A stretch of 64,000 nt of DNA from the NCBI GenBank assembly GCA_965198235.1, contig OZ240248.1:4032001-4096000 (forward strand), given 5' to 3'. The notes below the pieces were generated by a model. That model was given only the letters and a program-made list of their open reading frames with translations, did not search any database and was not told where the DNA came from. This document shows positions 29,733 to 40,118 of the stretch, in pieces. Made by a program: the position numbers and the translations under genes. Each line of letters starts with the position of its first letter. The stretch's first letter is position 1. Source of the DNA: Candidatus Poribacteria bacterium (GTDB lineage Bacteria; Poribacteria; WGA-4E; WGA-3G).

Positions 29733-30767
29733 TTATTCTTCAGGTTCTGCCTCTACAGGCGGATCTTCGGGTTGCTCTTCCGCCGGTGGCTCTTCGGTTT
29801 CTTCAGGTTCTGCCTCTGGAATACGATCTATGTACGTTTTGACCTCGGCGCGTTCGCGAAGTTGAGCAATCCAGTTGTCCATGAGTTCTTGTCGCCTCTC
29901 GCGTTCCGCTTTTCGGACAACGCTCTTACGAACATCCTCCTCCTCAAACGGTTTTTGGTATTCATCGCGAGCTTCGTCTTTTCGGAACATCATATAGTAT
30001 TTTTGCCCCTGAACTTCGACTTCGATGACACCATCGTGCAACTGACCGATCTCCGCAGCAAACGCTGCATCTAAGAAGGGTTCAGTTCCCGCAGGGAAGG
30101 CACTCCGACTAATATAGTCGGTGTCACCCGGAGTGGCTGGATTTGCACCGGGACCGACGAGTTCACCACGATCAGAGAGTTCCTGAGCGATTTCAAGGAT
30201 GGCTTTGCCTTCCTTGATTTGCGCGTAAACTTCATCAGCCCGCTCTTTATTGAGGAGCGTGACACAGGAAAGCCTCACCTGCTCAGGACGAATGTACTCC
30301 TGTTTGTTCGCTTCGTAGTGCTGAACATAGTCGTCTTCAGTCAAAGAGAGTTGGTCGTCGACCTCCTGAGCAGTAATCTTCTTAACCATCAACTCGTGAA
30401 GATAATCCTGAACCTTCTTGAGAATTTCCGGGTCTTCGTTGAGTTTTTCATCTCGGGCAAGACTGAGAATTAGGCGACTCTCCGCCATGAGGACCATATA
30501 GGTTTCCAGCCCCTCTTTGTCCTGATATTGACGCTGTTTGTATTCGGGGAGTTCGCTAATTTCCTGCATCATCTCTTCAAGGGTGATGCGTTGTTTGCCG
30601 TTCCACTCAAATTCAGCGATGACCGTTCCATCGGCACCGATCGCCTTGTCGCCACAACTATAGAAAACAGGATGTGTGACAAGGACTCCGAGTAAAAGTA
30701 ACGGGATAACCGGAAATCCGGACTGATTATTAATTCTGCCCATGAAGCGGGCAACTACTGTGAGCAT
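29733..30767 (-). CDS. PrsA/PpiC-type peptidyl-prolyl isomerase-like lipoprotein
   Basis: Possible lipobox YSCG, YEANKQEYIRPEQVRLS, divergent parvulin core, LRERAEV. Confidence 0.75.
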   Translation of the reverse strand: MLTVVARFMGRINNQSGFPVIPLLLLGVLVTHPVFYSCGDKAIGADGTVIAEFEWNGKQRITLEEMMQEISELPEYKQRQYQDKEGLETYMVLMAESRLILSLARDEKLNEDPEILKKVQDYLHELMVKKITAQEVDDQLSLTEDDYVQHYEANKQEYIRPEQVRLSCVTLLNKERADEVYAQIKEGKAILEIAQELSDRGELVGPGANPATPGDTDYISRSAFPAGTEPFLDAAFAAEIGQLHDGVIEVEVQGQKYYMMFRKDEARDEYQKPFEEEDVRKSVVRKAERERRQELMDNWIAQLRERAEVKTYIDRIPEAEPEETEEPPAEEQPEDPPVEAEPEE

Positions 30768-30834
30768 TTATCTAACTCCTTTTCTCAACCCAGCCCTTTG
30801 GCTGGGGACGTTGCTTCCACAAAATGGGAATAGA

Positions 30835-31803
30835 CTACTGATCTGATTCCTCGGTCTCCGCTTCTTCTATTTTCGGCGGTTCCGGAATATTTTCAGGATA
30901 GGTTTTTAACTTGCCTTTCTCAGTAATTTCGGCGACCCACTCATTGATGCGTGCGCGTTTCTTGGCGCGTTCAACAGTTCTTCGGACATCGTCTTTGACC
31001 TCGTCGAATTCCTGTTGGCGGTCCGGATGATGCTCTTCTTTACGGAAGATGAGGTAGAAGGTCTCCTCATTGACATCAATCTCAAAAAGGGTATCCGTCA
31101 TTTCACCAACTTCTTGGTCAAATACAGCCTCAGTGAATTCCAACCAACGCGGTGATGCGGATTTGGTGAACATGTAGGTATTCCCCGGATCGTCCTCATT
31201 GGTGCCAGGTCCGTTGGCGAGTTTACCTGCCTCAGCGAGCTCCTTTGTCATCTCAACGATGTCTTTGCCTGCGTTGATGGCATCCAGGGTCTCGTTGGCA
31301 AAATCTTCATCATCAAGGGTAATGCAGGTCGCGCGAGCTTTGGCTGCCTCAATGTACTCACTCAAATTCGCTTGATAATACGCCATGAGATCCTCATCGG
31401 TAATGGCGATTTTGGCATCCACTTCTACTTCGGTCAATTTTTCAACCATCAGCTGATGAGTATAGTCCTCAAGCTTTTTGACGTGTTCAGCAAGTGAATC
31501 AAACCCTTCATCCGCAGCACGAAGGATTTGGAGCCGTTCATCTATGAGTTCCTCAAGATACTCGGCTTTGTCTACCCGAGCCTTATAGTTCTGTTGACGA
31601 TAAACCGGCAATTCTGCGATGGCAGCGTTCAAATCTGCCAACGAAACTTGATACGGCTTGCCGTTCCATTTGTACTCCGCCAAAATCACCTTGCTTTCAT
31701 CCATAGCAGACATGGGTTGTTCATGGCCATCGGACTGAACAAACCTCCATGTCAGTAAACAGGTCAGAGTAACAATTACAAAGATAGCAATCGTTTTTTT
31801 CAT
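30835..31803 (-). CDS. PrsA/PpiC-type peptidyl-prolyl isomerase-like protein (paralog of the previous gene)
   Basis: Signal peptide MKKTIAIF, ELPVYRQ, YYQANLSEY, FTEAVF, FDEVK. Confidence 0.75.
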   Translation of the reverse strand: MKKTIAIFVIVTLTCLLTWRFVQSDGHEQPMSAMDESKVILAEYKWNGKPYQVSLADLNAAIAELPVYRQQNYKARVDKAEYLEELIDERLQILRAADEGFDSLAEHVKKLEDYTHQLMVEKLTEVEVDAKIAITDEDLMAYYQANLSEYIEAAKARATCITLDDEDFANETLDAINAGKDIVEMTKELAEAGKLANGPGTNEDDPGNTYMFTKSASPRWLEFTEAVFDQEVGEMTDTLFEIDVNEETFYLIFRKEEHHPDRQQEFDEVKDDVRRTVERAKKRARINEWVAEITEKGKLKTYPENIPEPPKIEEAETEESDQ

Positions 31804-31948
31804 ATTTTTAATGTTCCTTGCGGTTCGGTCAGGTCGGTTTGGGAAATGAAGTGCCTTTCCGTATATCCAGCCCGTCCGTTGGTTAGGCTTACGCGCTTTG
31901 GACACTACGCGTAGCACGTCTTTTTTAGTTGACCCTTCGTTTTTACGA

Positions 31949-34900
31949 TTACGCAACAAACAACCTGAGCGTTTGTTGCAATTCGGTCAACATATTCGCG
32001 CCAGTCACTCCCGGCATGCGAATCTTAAGTTGTGCCGGAGGTTGTAACTGGAGGTTTTTATTTTGGTGGACTATCTCAACGAATTTCTTCACATTAATTC
32101 GTGGTTTTCTTTCATCAAAGGTAACCTTCACCTGTTCCTTTCCAGCAACAATGGCTGTGACACCGAGATGTTGGCTGAGTTGTTTGATGTCAGCGACTTC
32201 CAGTAACATCTCAGCCGGTTCGGGTATCGCACCGTATCGATCTTTCAACTCCTCTCGAAGCTCATTCAGGGCTTCTCGATCCTTCAGCCCAGCAATTTTC
32301 TTATAGATAGAGACCTTTTGACGGCTATCTGGGACGTAGTTATCGGGCAGATAGGCTTCAACGGGTAGGCTGATACGCGTTTCCACGGTTTCCTCAACCT
32401 TTTCACCCTTTAGTGCCATCACCGCTTCTTCAAGAAGTCTACAATACAGTTCATAACCGACAGTGACGATATGTCCATGCTGTTCCGAACCGAGGATATT
32501 TCCAGCACCCCGAATCTCTAAATCTCGGAGGGCTATTTTGAAACCTGAACCAAGGTCTGTGAATTCTTCGATAACGCGGAGCCGCTTCTGCGCGCCTTCC
32601 GTGATTGCCCGGTCCTGTGGATAGAAGAGGTATCCGTAAGCCTGGGCAGTAGCACGTCCGACGCGTCCTCGTAACTGATAGAGTTGCGCCAAACCGAGTG
32701 CATCCGCTCGATTAATGAGGATCGTGTTAACGTTGGGAATATCCAGTCCTGATTCAATAATCATTGTGCAGACAAGGACATCATGTTTATGCCGGACAAA
32801 CTCCAGCATAACGGTCTCTAATTCACGTTCAGGCATCTGTCCATGTGCAACAGCAATGCGTGCATCCGGTGCCAGTTCTTGAATTGCTAAAGCGATACTC
32901 TGGATATCCTGAACGCGGTTGTGGACAAAAAACACTTGCCCGCCGCGCCCTAATTCTGTGGTGATGGCTTCGCGAATCACATCACTGTCATAAGGCATGA
33001 CGTACGTTTGAATCGGCAATCGATCTGCTGGTGGTGTGTTAACGACGCTAAAGTCTCGTATGCCAACAAGCGACATGTGGAGTGTACGTGGAATCGGCGT
33101 AGCGGTTAATGTAAGGACATCAATGGTTTCTTTGAATTGTTTTACTTTCTCTTTATGCTTAACGCCGAAGCGATGTTCTTCGTCAACTATTAAGAGCCCG
33201 AGGTTGTCGAACTCAACCGTTTTGGATAGTAGGCTGTGTGTTCCAATAACAACATCAATAGTACCCTTCGCCAACCCCGCTTTAATCTCTTTTATCTCTC
33301 TCGGTGTGCGGAATCGGTTTAACATTTCAATGTTGACGGGAAAAGGTTGAAAACGTTTTTCAAAAGTGTCGTAGTGTTGGAGAGCGAGAATGGTCGTAGG
33401 GACAAGAATCGCCACTTGCTTTTCGGACATGACCGCTTTGAAAGCGGCACGTAACGCTATCTCAGTTTTTCCGTATCCGACATCTCCACAGACGAGTCTA
33501 TCCATCGGACGTTCATCTTCCATATCTGCTTTGACATCTTCAATTGATTGGAGTTGATCGTCAGTTTCCTGATACGGAAAAAGTGCTTCAAATTCGGTTT
33601 GCCATGGCACTTCAGCAGGAAAACTGAAGCCTTTGCGCGCTTGACGAAGGGCGTATAACTTGAGGAGTTCACCCGCCATTTGTTCGATTGATTTTTTAAC
33701 GCGTCCCTTTCGCCGACTCCAAGCTGTCCCCCCAAGCCGATCCACACGTGGCTTATAGTTGTTATCTTTGCTGCCAATATACTTCTGAACGAGGTCGACT
33801 TGATAGGTCGGTACATAAAGAATGTCATCCGCGTTGTATCTGAGTATCAGAAAATCTTGTGACTTTCCGTCAATTGCCAATCGACGTATCCCATCATAGA
33901 TAGCGATGCCGTGCGAGACGTGTACGACATAATCCCCAACTTTTAGATCGATGAGACTGAGAATTGGTGTTCCGTCTGTAGAAGGGCGGTGTCGGGTGGG
34001 ACGGCGATGACGACGACTGCCAAAGAGTTCATCTTCGGAAATAACAGCGAGATGTAGTGATTCATTGAGAAACCCTTCACTAATTGTTCCGACACTGGTT
34101 TCAATATCTGGAGGAAATAAGTCGCGTTCCGCTAAGATTTCAGATACGCGTTTTGACTGTTGAGGGGTCTCACAGAAAACATGAACCCGCGTTCCCTCCT
34201 CCGTCCAAGTTTTCATCTGATTGATGATCGTTTGATAGTTGCCGGATGGCAGTGCAAGCGGTTTCATCTCGAAATGCAGAGGCGGCATCTTATTGTCCAT
34301 GACCTCACGGGGTGGTGCTAAGGACGACGAGACAACGGAATACTTCTCTAATTCGGTGTTGAGTGTTTCAAAGGAGGCGAGCAGCTTATCCGGCGGGACC
34401 ATGAGGTCAGATCCCTCTAACTTCTTCTGGTACAACTCCTGTATCCGTTCGTGCATTTGCGAGGCTTCGCGCTTCTGCCATTGAGGCTCTATCAAGCAGA
34501 CAATCGTGTCATTGGGCAGATAATCGGGGAGCAATTCGGTTTCTGGAATGAGCATGGGCAAAAAGCCCTCTATCCCATCATTCAGTGGACATTCCTCAAA
34601 CCGATATTGAGAAGATGCCGCTTCTGTTAAACATTGTGTTATCTCCCGAACCGTGTTTATCAGTTGTGGCGTTGCGTGTTCTTGGATGAGGGCATCCGCT
34701 TGGGTTTGCCAATAGTCAACAGATACATCAGCAGAAAGGACTTCCCGCAAGGGCGTAAGCGTAACCGATTCGATGGGTTCAGTCGAACGTTGCGAAATCG
34801 GATCAAAAGCACGGATAGTATCAATTTCATCGCCAAAAAACTCGACGCGCATTGGGGTGTCAGTCGTCAGCGGATAGACATCTAAGATGTCGCCTCTACG

Positions 34901-35455
34901 CGCAAATTCGCCCTTGACTTCTACAAGTTCAACATTTTGGTATCCCCCGCGGATAAGCGTCGCCGCGACATCGTCTGGATCTATCTCATCTCCGAGATTA
35001 AGGACGCTACAAGCATCGGCAAAACGGTGACGTGGTGGGAGTCTATAAAGCATCGCTTGACTTGATGTTACAATGACACTCCGTTCTTTATATATTAAGT
35101 GCTCCAGACATCGAATTCGATCCGCGACGGTTTCCTTGGGAGGCGCGATGCCATCAAAGATTTTTCGGTGCCAGCCGGGAAACAGATTCATCTTGGACTG
35201 TACATCGAGCATATGTGTCGTTTCTGAAGCAGGATACGCCGTGTATGTACATATTTCTTCTAAAACTTGCTCGGCTTCACGTTGTGAAGGAAGGATAATG
35301 AGGAAGGATTTATTTGGAAAATCGTCAATAAGGGTTGCCAAAAGATACGAGGTTGATGCGTTTGCCAATCCTCTGAGCCATGGAAGTTTCTTGCCATCTT
35401 TGAGGCGTGCCACCAATGTTTGATAATTTTCTGTTTTGCGTAAAAACTCTATCAC
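31949..35455 (-). CDS. mfd: Transcription-repair coupling factor
   Basis: RGDILDVYP, CarD/TRCF VVHVSHGI, GDVGYGKTE, DEEHRFGV, QLRGRVGR, RDLEIRGAGN. Confidence 0.97.
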   Translation of the reverse strand: MIEFLRKTENYQTLVARLKDGKKLPWLRGLANASTSYLLATLIDDFPNKSFLIILPSQREAEQVLEEICTYTAYPASETTHMLDVQSKMNLFPGWHRKIFDGIAPPKETVADRIRCLEHLIYKERSVIVTSSQAMLYRLPPRHRFADACSVLNLGDEIDPDDVAATLIRGGYQNVELVEVKGEFARRGDILDVYPLTTDTPMRVEFFGDEIDTIRAFDPISQRSTEPIESVTLTPLREVLSADVSVDYWQTQADALIQEHATPQLINTVREITQCLTEAASSQYRFEECPLNDGIEGFLPMLIPETELLPDYLPNDTIVCLIEPQWQKREASQMHERIQELYQKKLEGSDLMVPPDKLLASFETLNTELEKYSVVSSSLAPPREVMDNKMPPLHFEMKPLALPSGNYQTIINQMKTWTEEGTRVHVFCETPQQSKRVSEILAERDLFPPDIETSVGTISEGFLNESLHLAVISEDELFGSRRHRRPTRHRPSTDGTPILSLIDLKVGDYVVHVSHGIAIYDGIRRLAIDGKSQDFLILRYNADDILYVPTYQVDLVQKYIGSKDNNYKPRVDRLGGTAWSRRKGRVKKSIEQMAGELLKLYALRQARKGFSFPAEVPWQTEFEALFPYQETDDQLQSIEDVKADMEDERPMDRLVCGDVGYGKTEIALRAAFKAVMSEKQVAILVPTTILALQHYDTFEKRFQPFPVNIEMLNRFRTPREIKEIKAGLAKGTIDVVIGTHSLLSKTVEFDNLGLLIVDEEHRFGVKHKEKVKQFKETIDVLTLTATPIPRTLHMSLVGIRDFSVVNTPPADRLPIQTYVMPYDSDVIREAITTELGRGGQVFFVHNRVQDIQSIALAIQELAPDARIAVAHGQMPERELETVMLEFVRHKHDVLVCTMIIESGLDIPNVNTILINRADALGLAQLYQLRGRVGRATAQAYGYLFYPQDRAITEGAQKRLRVIEEFTDLGSGFKIALRDLEIRGAGNILGSEQHGHIVTVGYELYCRLLEEAVMALKGEKVEETVETRISLPVEAYLPDNYVPDSRQKVSIYKKIAGLKDREALNELREELKDRYGAIPEPAEMLLEVADIKQLSQHLGVTAIVAGKEQVKVTFDERKPRINVKKFVEIVHQNKNLQLQPPAQLKIRMPGVTGANMLTELQQTLRLFVA

Positions 35456-35514
35456 TACTTTTTCCTTGACAAACCGTGCTGGCGATTGAAGTTACAAAAT
35501 GTATATTAGGCGTC

Positions 35515-36282
35515 TTAGTCTGTAAATTCGATGTCGGTTAAAGTGACTTTCACTGTCAATTGTCCTATTTTGCTCTCCGCTTTGACAGGTAACCGACGTT
35601 CATCATCCGTGAGCCAAAAGCGGTCGCCTGCTGAAGTTTGCAGGACGAGGGTTTTGACGGCACCCAATGCCTTATTTTTTACCATCTCTCTACGCTCAAC
35701 AGTGAGCGTAACCTTCTGGACTTTTCCCTTCGCGATAATTGGAAAGAAATAAGTTTGACCGAGTTCAAACTTTTTAGAACGTAGAAAGTAGAGCGTTGAC
35801 AGTTCATCCTGTGTGCCAACGGGTATGTCTATGACCTTTGCCTCGCGCTTTTGAGGCGATTTCGGCTTCGGGCGTGAGATTTTTTCATATGCTGCCGTTG
35901 CCTCTCGAAAGTCAACCGTGACAGTAGCGCGATATTTTTGATCCCGCAACTGGTTCCGAAAACGGACGGGTGAGAGGGTCGTCGGATTTAGATACGTTTC
36001 TTCCTGTCTCTGGAAACTATAGACTCTGAAAAGTGCACGAGTTTTCATTTCAGACTGGATATGATAAACGTCCTCCCCGTTCACCGATTCCTCTCTGACA
36101 ATCCAGTCTGTCCGCTGGGCGGCAGGTATTTTTTTCCAACTAATATTATAGGTTAATTTTTCACCGACCCTTAGCGGATTGGGAAAGATATTTGGACTTT
36201 CAACAAGTGAGCGGGAAGCACTATTTACGGCAAGAGTTCCTATGAGTAAAAAGATGAAAATCAGGTGTTTTGCATACTGCAT
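35515..36282 (-). CDS. DUF3108-like exported protein
   Basis: Signal peptide, GEKLTYNISW, DELSTLYFLR, WLTDDERRLPVK. Confidence 0.75.
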   Translation of the reverse strand: MQYAKHLIFIFLLIGTLAVNSASRSLVESPNIFPNPLRVGEKLTYNISWKKIPAAQRTDWIVREESVNGEDVYHIQSEMKTRALFRVYSFQRQEETYLNPTTLSPVRFRNQLRDQKYRATVTVDFREATAAYEKISRPKPKSPQKREAKVIDIPVGTQDELSTLYFLRSKKFELGQTYFFPIIAKGKVQKVTLTVERREMVKNKALGAVKTLVLQTSAGDRFWLTDDERRLPVKAESKIGQLTVKVTLTDIEFTD

Positions 36283-36397
36283 TTTTTAACTATTAAGTTT
36301 CTGTACCGATTTTTCCGTTGTCAAAATCGGGTTTTCGGTGTACTCCGATTGGATTTGAGAATGCTCGAATTTTTCTTTTTTTCAGTACCAGTAGGTG

Positions 36398-37039
36398 TTA
36401 GAACCTATGTGTAAAGATTAGAGAACGGATACCATTATCCCTTTGTTCCACTTGTACGGAAAATCTTTGATTATTATACGCCTCGGCTGTCTTCGGGGCA
36501 TCAAAAATATTCCAAATGTGGATTCCGATGCCTGTTGCGAGAAAAACACCGCTGAGAAACGCGTGGCTCTTCATTCGGGTGCGCCCCTGCTCGTACGTTA
36601 AGAATTCACCCGTTCGGATGTCTTGAAATCCTGTCTCGAAAACACCTTGTTTGTTGTAATGCAGGGCGCGCGCGATGTTATAGCCGGCAAGTGCGAAAGT
36701 CCCTAACTCGGCAGTAAGGAAAAGCGTCGCTTTCGTATAATTGCCGGCGTAAGCTTGTCCCAATCCGGGCATAAACGTTGACAGCCGCGATGCTTTCTTG
36801 AGATCAAGTGCTGGATAGTAGCGTTCTGCATGTGACCGAAACAGCGGATAATCCGATTCAGGTTCAGGCGTACCCAAATAGTTACGCAGAAGCGGTTGCG
36901 TTCTGCGATTTTTCGCGTCGGATTTCTCATCAGTAGGCGCGGTTTCAGCGTTTCCAGTGACGAAAAGAAACAGAAACGCAAGAAGTATGTATAATGGCGG
37001 CACCCATGCCGCCCCAACTTTTTTTAGCATGAAGCGCAC
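36398..37039 (-). CDS. Membrane protein, DUF5683/TM2-like
   Basis: LSTFMPGLGQAYAG, TM helices, WNIFDA, C-terminal Phe. Confidence 0.65.
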   Translation of the reverse strand: MRFMLKKVGAAWVPPLYILLAFLFLFVTGNAETAPTDEKSDAKNRRTQPLLRNYLGTPEPESDYPLFRSHAERYYPALDLKKASRLSTFMPGLGQAYAGNYTKATLFLTAELGTFALAGYNIARALHYNKQGVFETGFQDIRTGEFLTYEQGRTRMKSHAFLSGVFLATGIGIHIWNIFDAPKTAEAYNNQRFSVQVEQRDNGIRSLIFTHRF

Positions 37040-37045
37040 TCCTTA

Positions 37046-37840
37046 TCAAGGGATCTTGAGAGATGGAGCCAATTGTACGTTATCAGGATCGGTTTGGTAT
37101 GCCCAATCAAAGATGACAGCATCATCAGAAAGCTTGCGCACCTGAATCTTGGCGAAGTTCCCATCAGGTGTATAGATGGCATAGATATGCCCCTCAATGA
37201 GTTCAACAAATAGCGTGGTATACCCAAATTCCGGAACAATGTCAACGCCATCAAAGTATTCACGATACCCCAAATCTTGCATGAACGTATCATTGTCGGA
37301 ATAGAGGTAAGTGACGTTTACTTCAGTATCAAAACCAAAATAGACATCGGTTGCGGGTGTGTCCCATGGGATACTTCCCTTTTGCGGTTGTGAGAAATCG
37401 AATCCACTTCTTCCAGGGGACAGATTGTAGTCATCAAGGATGATGTTCCGTCCTTCTGGTCGCGGTGTATCCCAAGCATCTTCGGGACTCAACTCACTCT
37501 CGTTTCCCTCAATGTCATAAGCGGAAACCGCGTAGTAGTAAGTCTCCCCGTTTCGCACCGTCGTATCTGTATAACGCGTGGCACCTTCCGACACCTCTAC
37601 TAATGCATCAAAGTCTGTGCCGTCGCGTCCACGCCACACTGTGTAACCTGCCAAGTCATATTCGCCATTCGGATACCACTCGATGATGACCTGCTCATCG
37701 CCTGTAATGGTTTTGACACCGCGAGGCGTAGCGGGTGGCTCATCATCAGTATCGCTGGTATCAACGTAACATCCACCGATATTACCAAGTAACATAACAA
37801 AGAGTAGTATTGTGAGAATTCCGTTAATCTTGAATAACAT
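37046..37840 (-). CDS. Lipoprotein with a fibronectin type III domain
   Basis: Lipobox IGGC, DLAGYTVWR, YTDTTVRNGETYYYAVSAYD..GNES. Confidence 0.8.
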   Translation of the reverse strand: MLFKINGILTILLFVMLLGNIGGCYVDTSDTDDEPPATPRGVKTITGDEQVIIEWYPNGEYDLAGYTVWRGRDGTDFDALVEVSEGATRYTDTTVRNGETYYYAVSAYDIEGNESELSPEDAWDTPRPEGRNIILDDYNLSPGRSGFDFSQPQKGSIPWDTPATDVYFGFDTEVNVTYLYSDNDTFMQDLGYREYFDGVDIVPEFGYTTLFVELIEGHIYAIYTPDGNFAKIQVRKLSDDAVIFDWAYQTDPDNVQLAPSLKIP

Positions 37841-38028
37841 GTTCTATTTCCTCCAGAGTTTGAATTGTGTTGAACTCTGTAACGGATATCCTCTTAAATG
37901 CGTTGACAAGCTCTTTATAAAATAATATCACAAAAGGCTTGGGAATGCAAGTCAAAATTTTCCTACGTTTGCGTGGTTATCCCTTCCTACAGAAAAACTG
38001 AATAGCCCTGCCCCCATAAATCTCCTAA

Positions 38029-38057
38029 TTGACATTCCATCCCGATTGTGATATGAT
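38029..38057 (+). promoter_or_regulatory. Sigma-70-like promoter
   Basis: TTGACA-17 bp-TATGAT with an extended TG, upstream of sixA. Confidence 0.6.
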
Positions 38058-38094
38058 ACGAACAGATACAAAAGAACTCTACAGAGGGAATATC

Positions 38095-38592
38095 ATGAAA
38101 ACTCTTCTGATTCTGCGACATGCCAAATCGAGTTGGAATTATCCAGAACTCTCTGATTACGGCCGACCTCTTAATGCACGGGGTAAACGGGACGCGCCGC
38201 GCATGGGAGAATTTCTGCGTGAACAAGGGTTAATTCCCGACAGGATCCTCACTTCATCGGCAAAGCGTGCAAGAAAAACGGCGAGTAAAGTTGCAAAAAC
38301 GTGTGGTTATACGGGTAAAGTCAAAAAGGTAGATGCGTTTTATGATAGCGTCGCTGGAGTCTACTATGAAACATTACAAGCACTGCCAGACAAATATCAG
38401 CGCGTCATGGTCGTGGGACATAATCCGACCATGGAACAACTCGTCCGTTCCTTGACGGGAGAGTTCAGACAGATGCCAACCGCAGCACTTGCCCATATCG
38501 AACTTCCCATCCAACGTTGGGAAGCACTGAACGTGGATACAGAGGGAACCTTAGTCAACTTATGGACACCCAAAACGCTTTTCACCGATTGA
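38095..38592 (+). CDS. sixA: SixA-family histidine phosphatase
   Basis: LRHAKSSW, RPLNARG, SSAKRA, VGHNP. Confidence 0.88.
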   Translation: MKTLLILRHAKSSWNYPELSDYGRPLNARGKRDAPRMGEFLREQGLIPDRILTSSAKRARKTASKVAKTCGYTGKVKKVDAFYDSVAGVYYETLQALPDKYQRVMVVGHNPTMEQLVRSLTGEFRQMPTAALAHIELPIQRWEALNVDTEGTLVNLWTPKTLFTD

Positions 38593-39956
38593 TCCAATTG
38601 TTATCAGTGGTGACGCTTCTCCTGCTTGCGGGCTTTTGCACACTATGTAAATCTTCTTCGGCTGAGATCCCAGTTTCGACGGCTAAAGATGGACAATTCC
38701 TCCCATGGGTCGTGGACGATGGTGAGGGTGGCGTTATTGTTATGTGGGAGGATTACCGCACCGGTAAGGATTGGGATGTCTATGCACAGCGCGTTGATAG
38801 TCGTGGCACAACACGTTGGGAAGAAAATGGTGTCGCAATCTGCAGAGCGGATAGGAATCAACGTCGCTTACGAATGATTCGACACGAAGGGCATGCGATC
38901 GTCGTTTGGAACGACAGGCGCGACAGAAGTAATTGGGATATCTATGCACAAGCGGTGAATCTTGAAGGTGAGGTGCTTTGGCAAACAGAGGGTATACCTA
39001 TCTGCGTAAACAGTGCGGACCAATCAACACAAGCGATCTTGAGTGACGGTGAAGGGGGTGCCATCTGCGTTTGGGAAGATGAACGCCGAAGTTCCGAATT
39101 CCAAGATTTGTACATCCAACGGATCAATGCCAGAGGCGAACCGATGTGGGAACCCGACGGAATTCCCGTTTTTCCATCGGAATCCCTCCAGAGCAATCCG
39201 ATTCTGCTTGCAGACAGGGTTGGCGGCTTCTATGTTGTTTGGTGGGATGTCATCGGATATGACGCGTGGCACATCATGGCATACCGACTGAGCTTAGATG
39301 CGAAACCGTTGTGGGACGCGCCGCGCCTCATTTCACCAGCAGAAGGGATACAAGGCGAACCGCGGGTGATTCCCGATGGTGAAGGCGGATTTGTCGTCTT
39401 GTGGCAGATGTACGAAAATTTTATCAACGATCAACTTTACGCCCAACGGGTTGCACCTGACGGTAGCAAATTGTGGGAAGACACAGGGGTTCCTATTTGC
39501 ACTGCACAGGGTATCCAGAAACATGCCTCGGTTGTGAATGACGGAGAAGGCGGTTTCATCGTCGTCTGGAGAGACGAACGCGATGTCTATTCCGATTTAT
39601 ATATGCAGCGTATCCGCGCCGACGGAACCCCCGTCTGGAAGAAAGATGGTATCCCTCTTTGCACAGCCGGTGGACATCAGGACAAGCCTTTCATTGTCCG
39701 AACTGCGGAAAACCGTTTCTCTGTGGTGTGGTTAGATTATCGAGAGGACTTCGGTGAAGAGAGTACCGATGCCATTTACCGCCAGCAAATTGATTTAGAA
39801 GGCAAACCGTTATGGGAAAAAAACGGTGTTGCTATTTCTACAAGTGAGGGAACACATTATCCGCCGTTTGTGGTAACTGTTGAAAAGGGGAAATGGATTG
39901 TTGTTTGGAGTAACACCCAGCAGGACAACGGAGATATCTATCTTGAACAGTTTTAG
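38562..39956 (+). CDS. Exported repeat protein, probable beta-propeller
   Basis: About seven ~60-aa repeats of DGEGG-x-VVW-x-D-x-R...DIYAQR...G-x-x-W-x-x-x-G-V-P-I. Confidence 0.75.
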   Translation: MDTQNAFHRLIQLLSVVTLLLLAGFCTLCKSSSAEIPVSTAKDGQFLPWVVDDGEGGVIVMWEDYRTGKDWDVYAQRVDSRGTTRWEENGVAICRADRNQRRLRMIRHEGHAIVVWNDRRDRSNWDIYAQAVNLEGEVLWQTEGIPICVNSADQSTQAILSDGEGGAICVWEDERRSSEFQDLYIQRINARGEPMWEPDGIPVFPSESLQSNPILLADRVGGFYVVWWDVIGYDAWHIMAYRLSLDAKPLWDAPRLISPAEGIQGEPRVIPDGEGGFVVLWQMYENFINDQLYAQRVAPDGSKLWEDTGVPICTAQGIQKHASVVNDGEGGFIVVWRDERDVYSDLYMQRIRADGTPVWKKDGIPLCTAGGHQDKPFIVRTAENRFSVVWLDYREDFGEESTDAIYRQQIDLEGKPLWEKNGVAISTSEGTHYPPFVVTVEKGKWIVVWSNTQQDNGDIYLEQF

Positions 39957-40118
39957 GCAGCTATCCCCGCTCAAATAGGTAAGAGAAGGGCACTGTTCTC
40001 ATGAATTTGTATCTTTTTTATGAGGAGACCATGACAACTTGACTTAAGTCAAATTGATTCTGGAACCGCTTATGAAATGAACGGTAGCAAGGTATAGAAG
40101 GACCCCACTTAGCCCTAT

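Noticed and set aside
31804-31959. N-terminal extension of the PPIase ORF
   Set aside because: Consists of intergenic repeat sequence; the signal peptide starts at 31803
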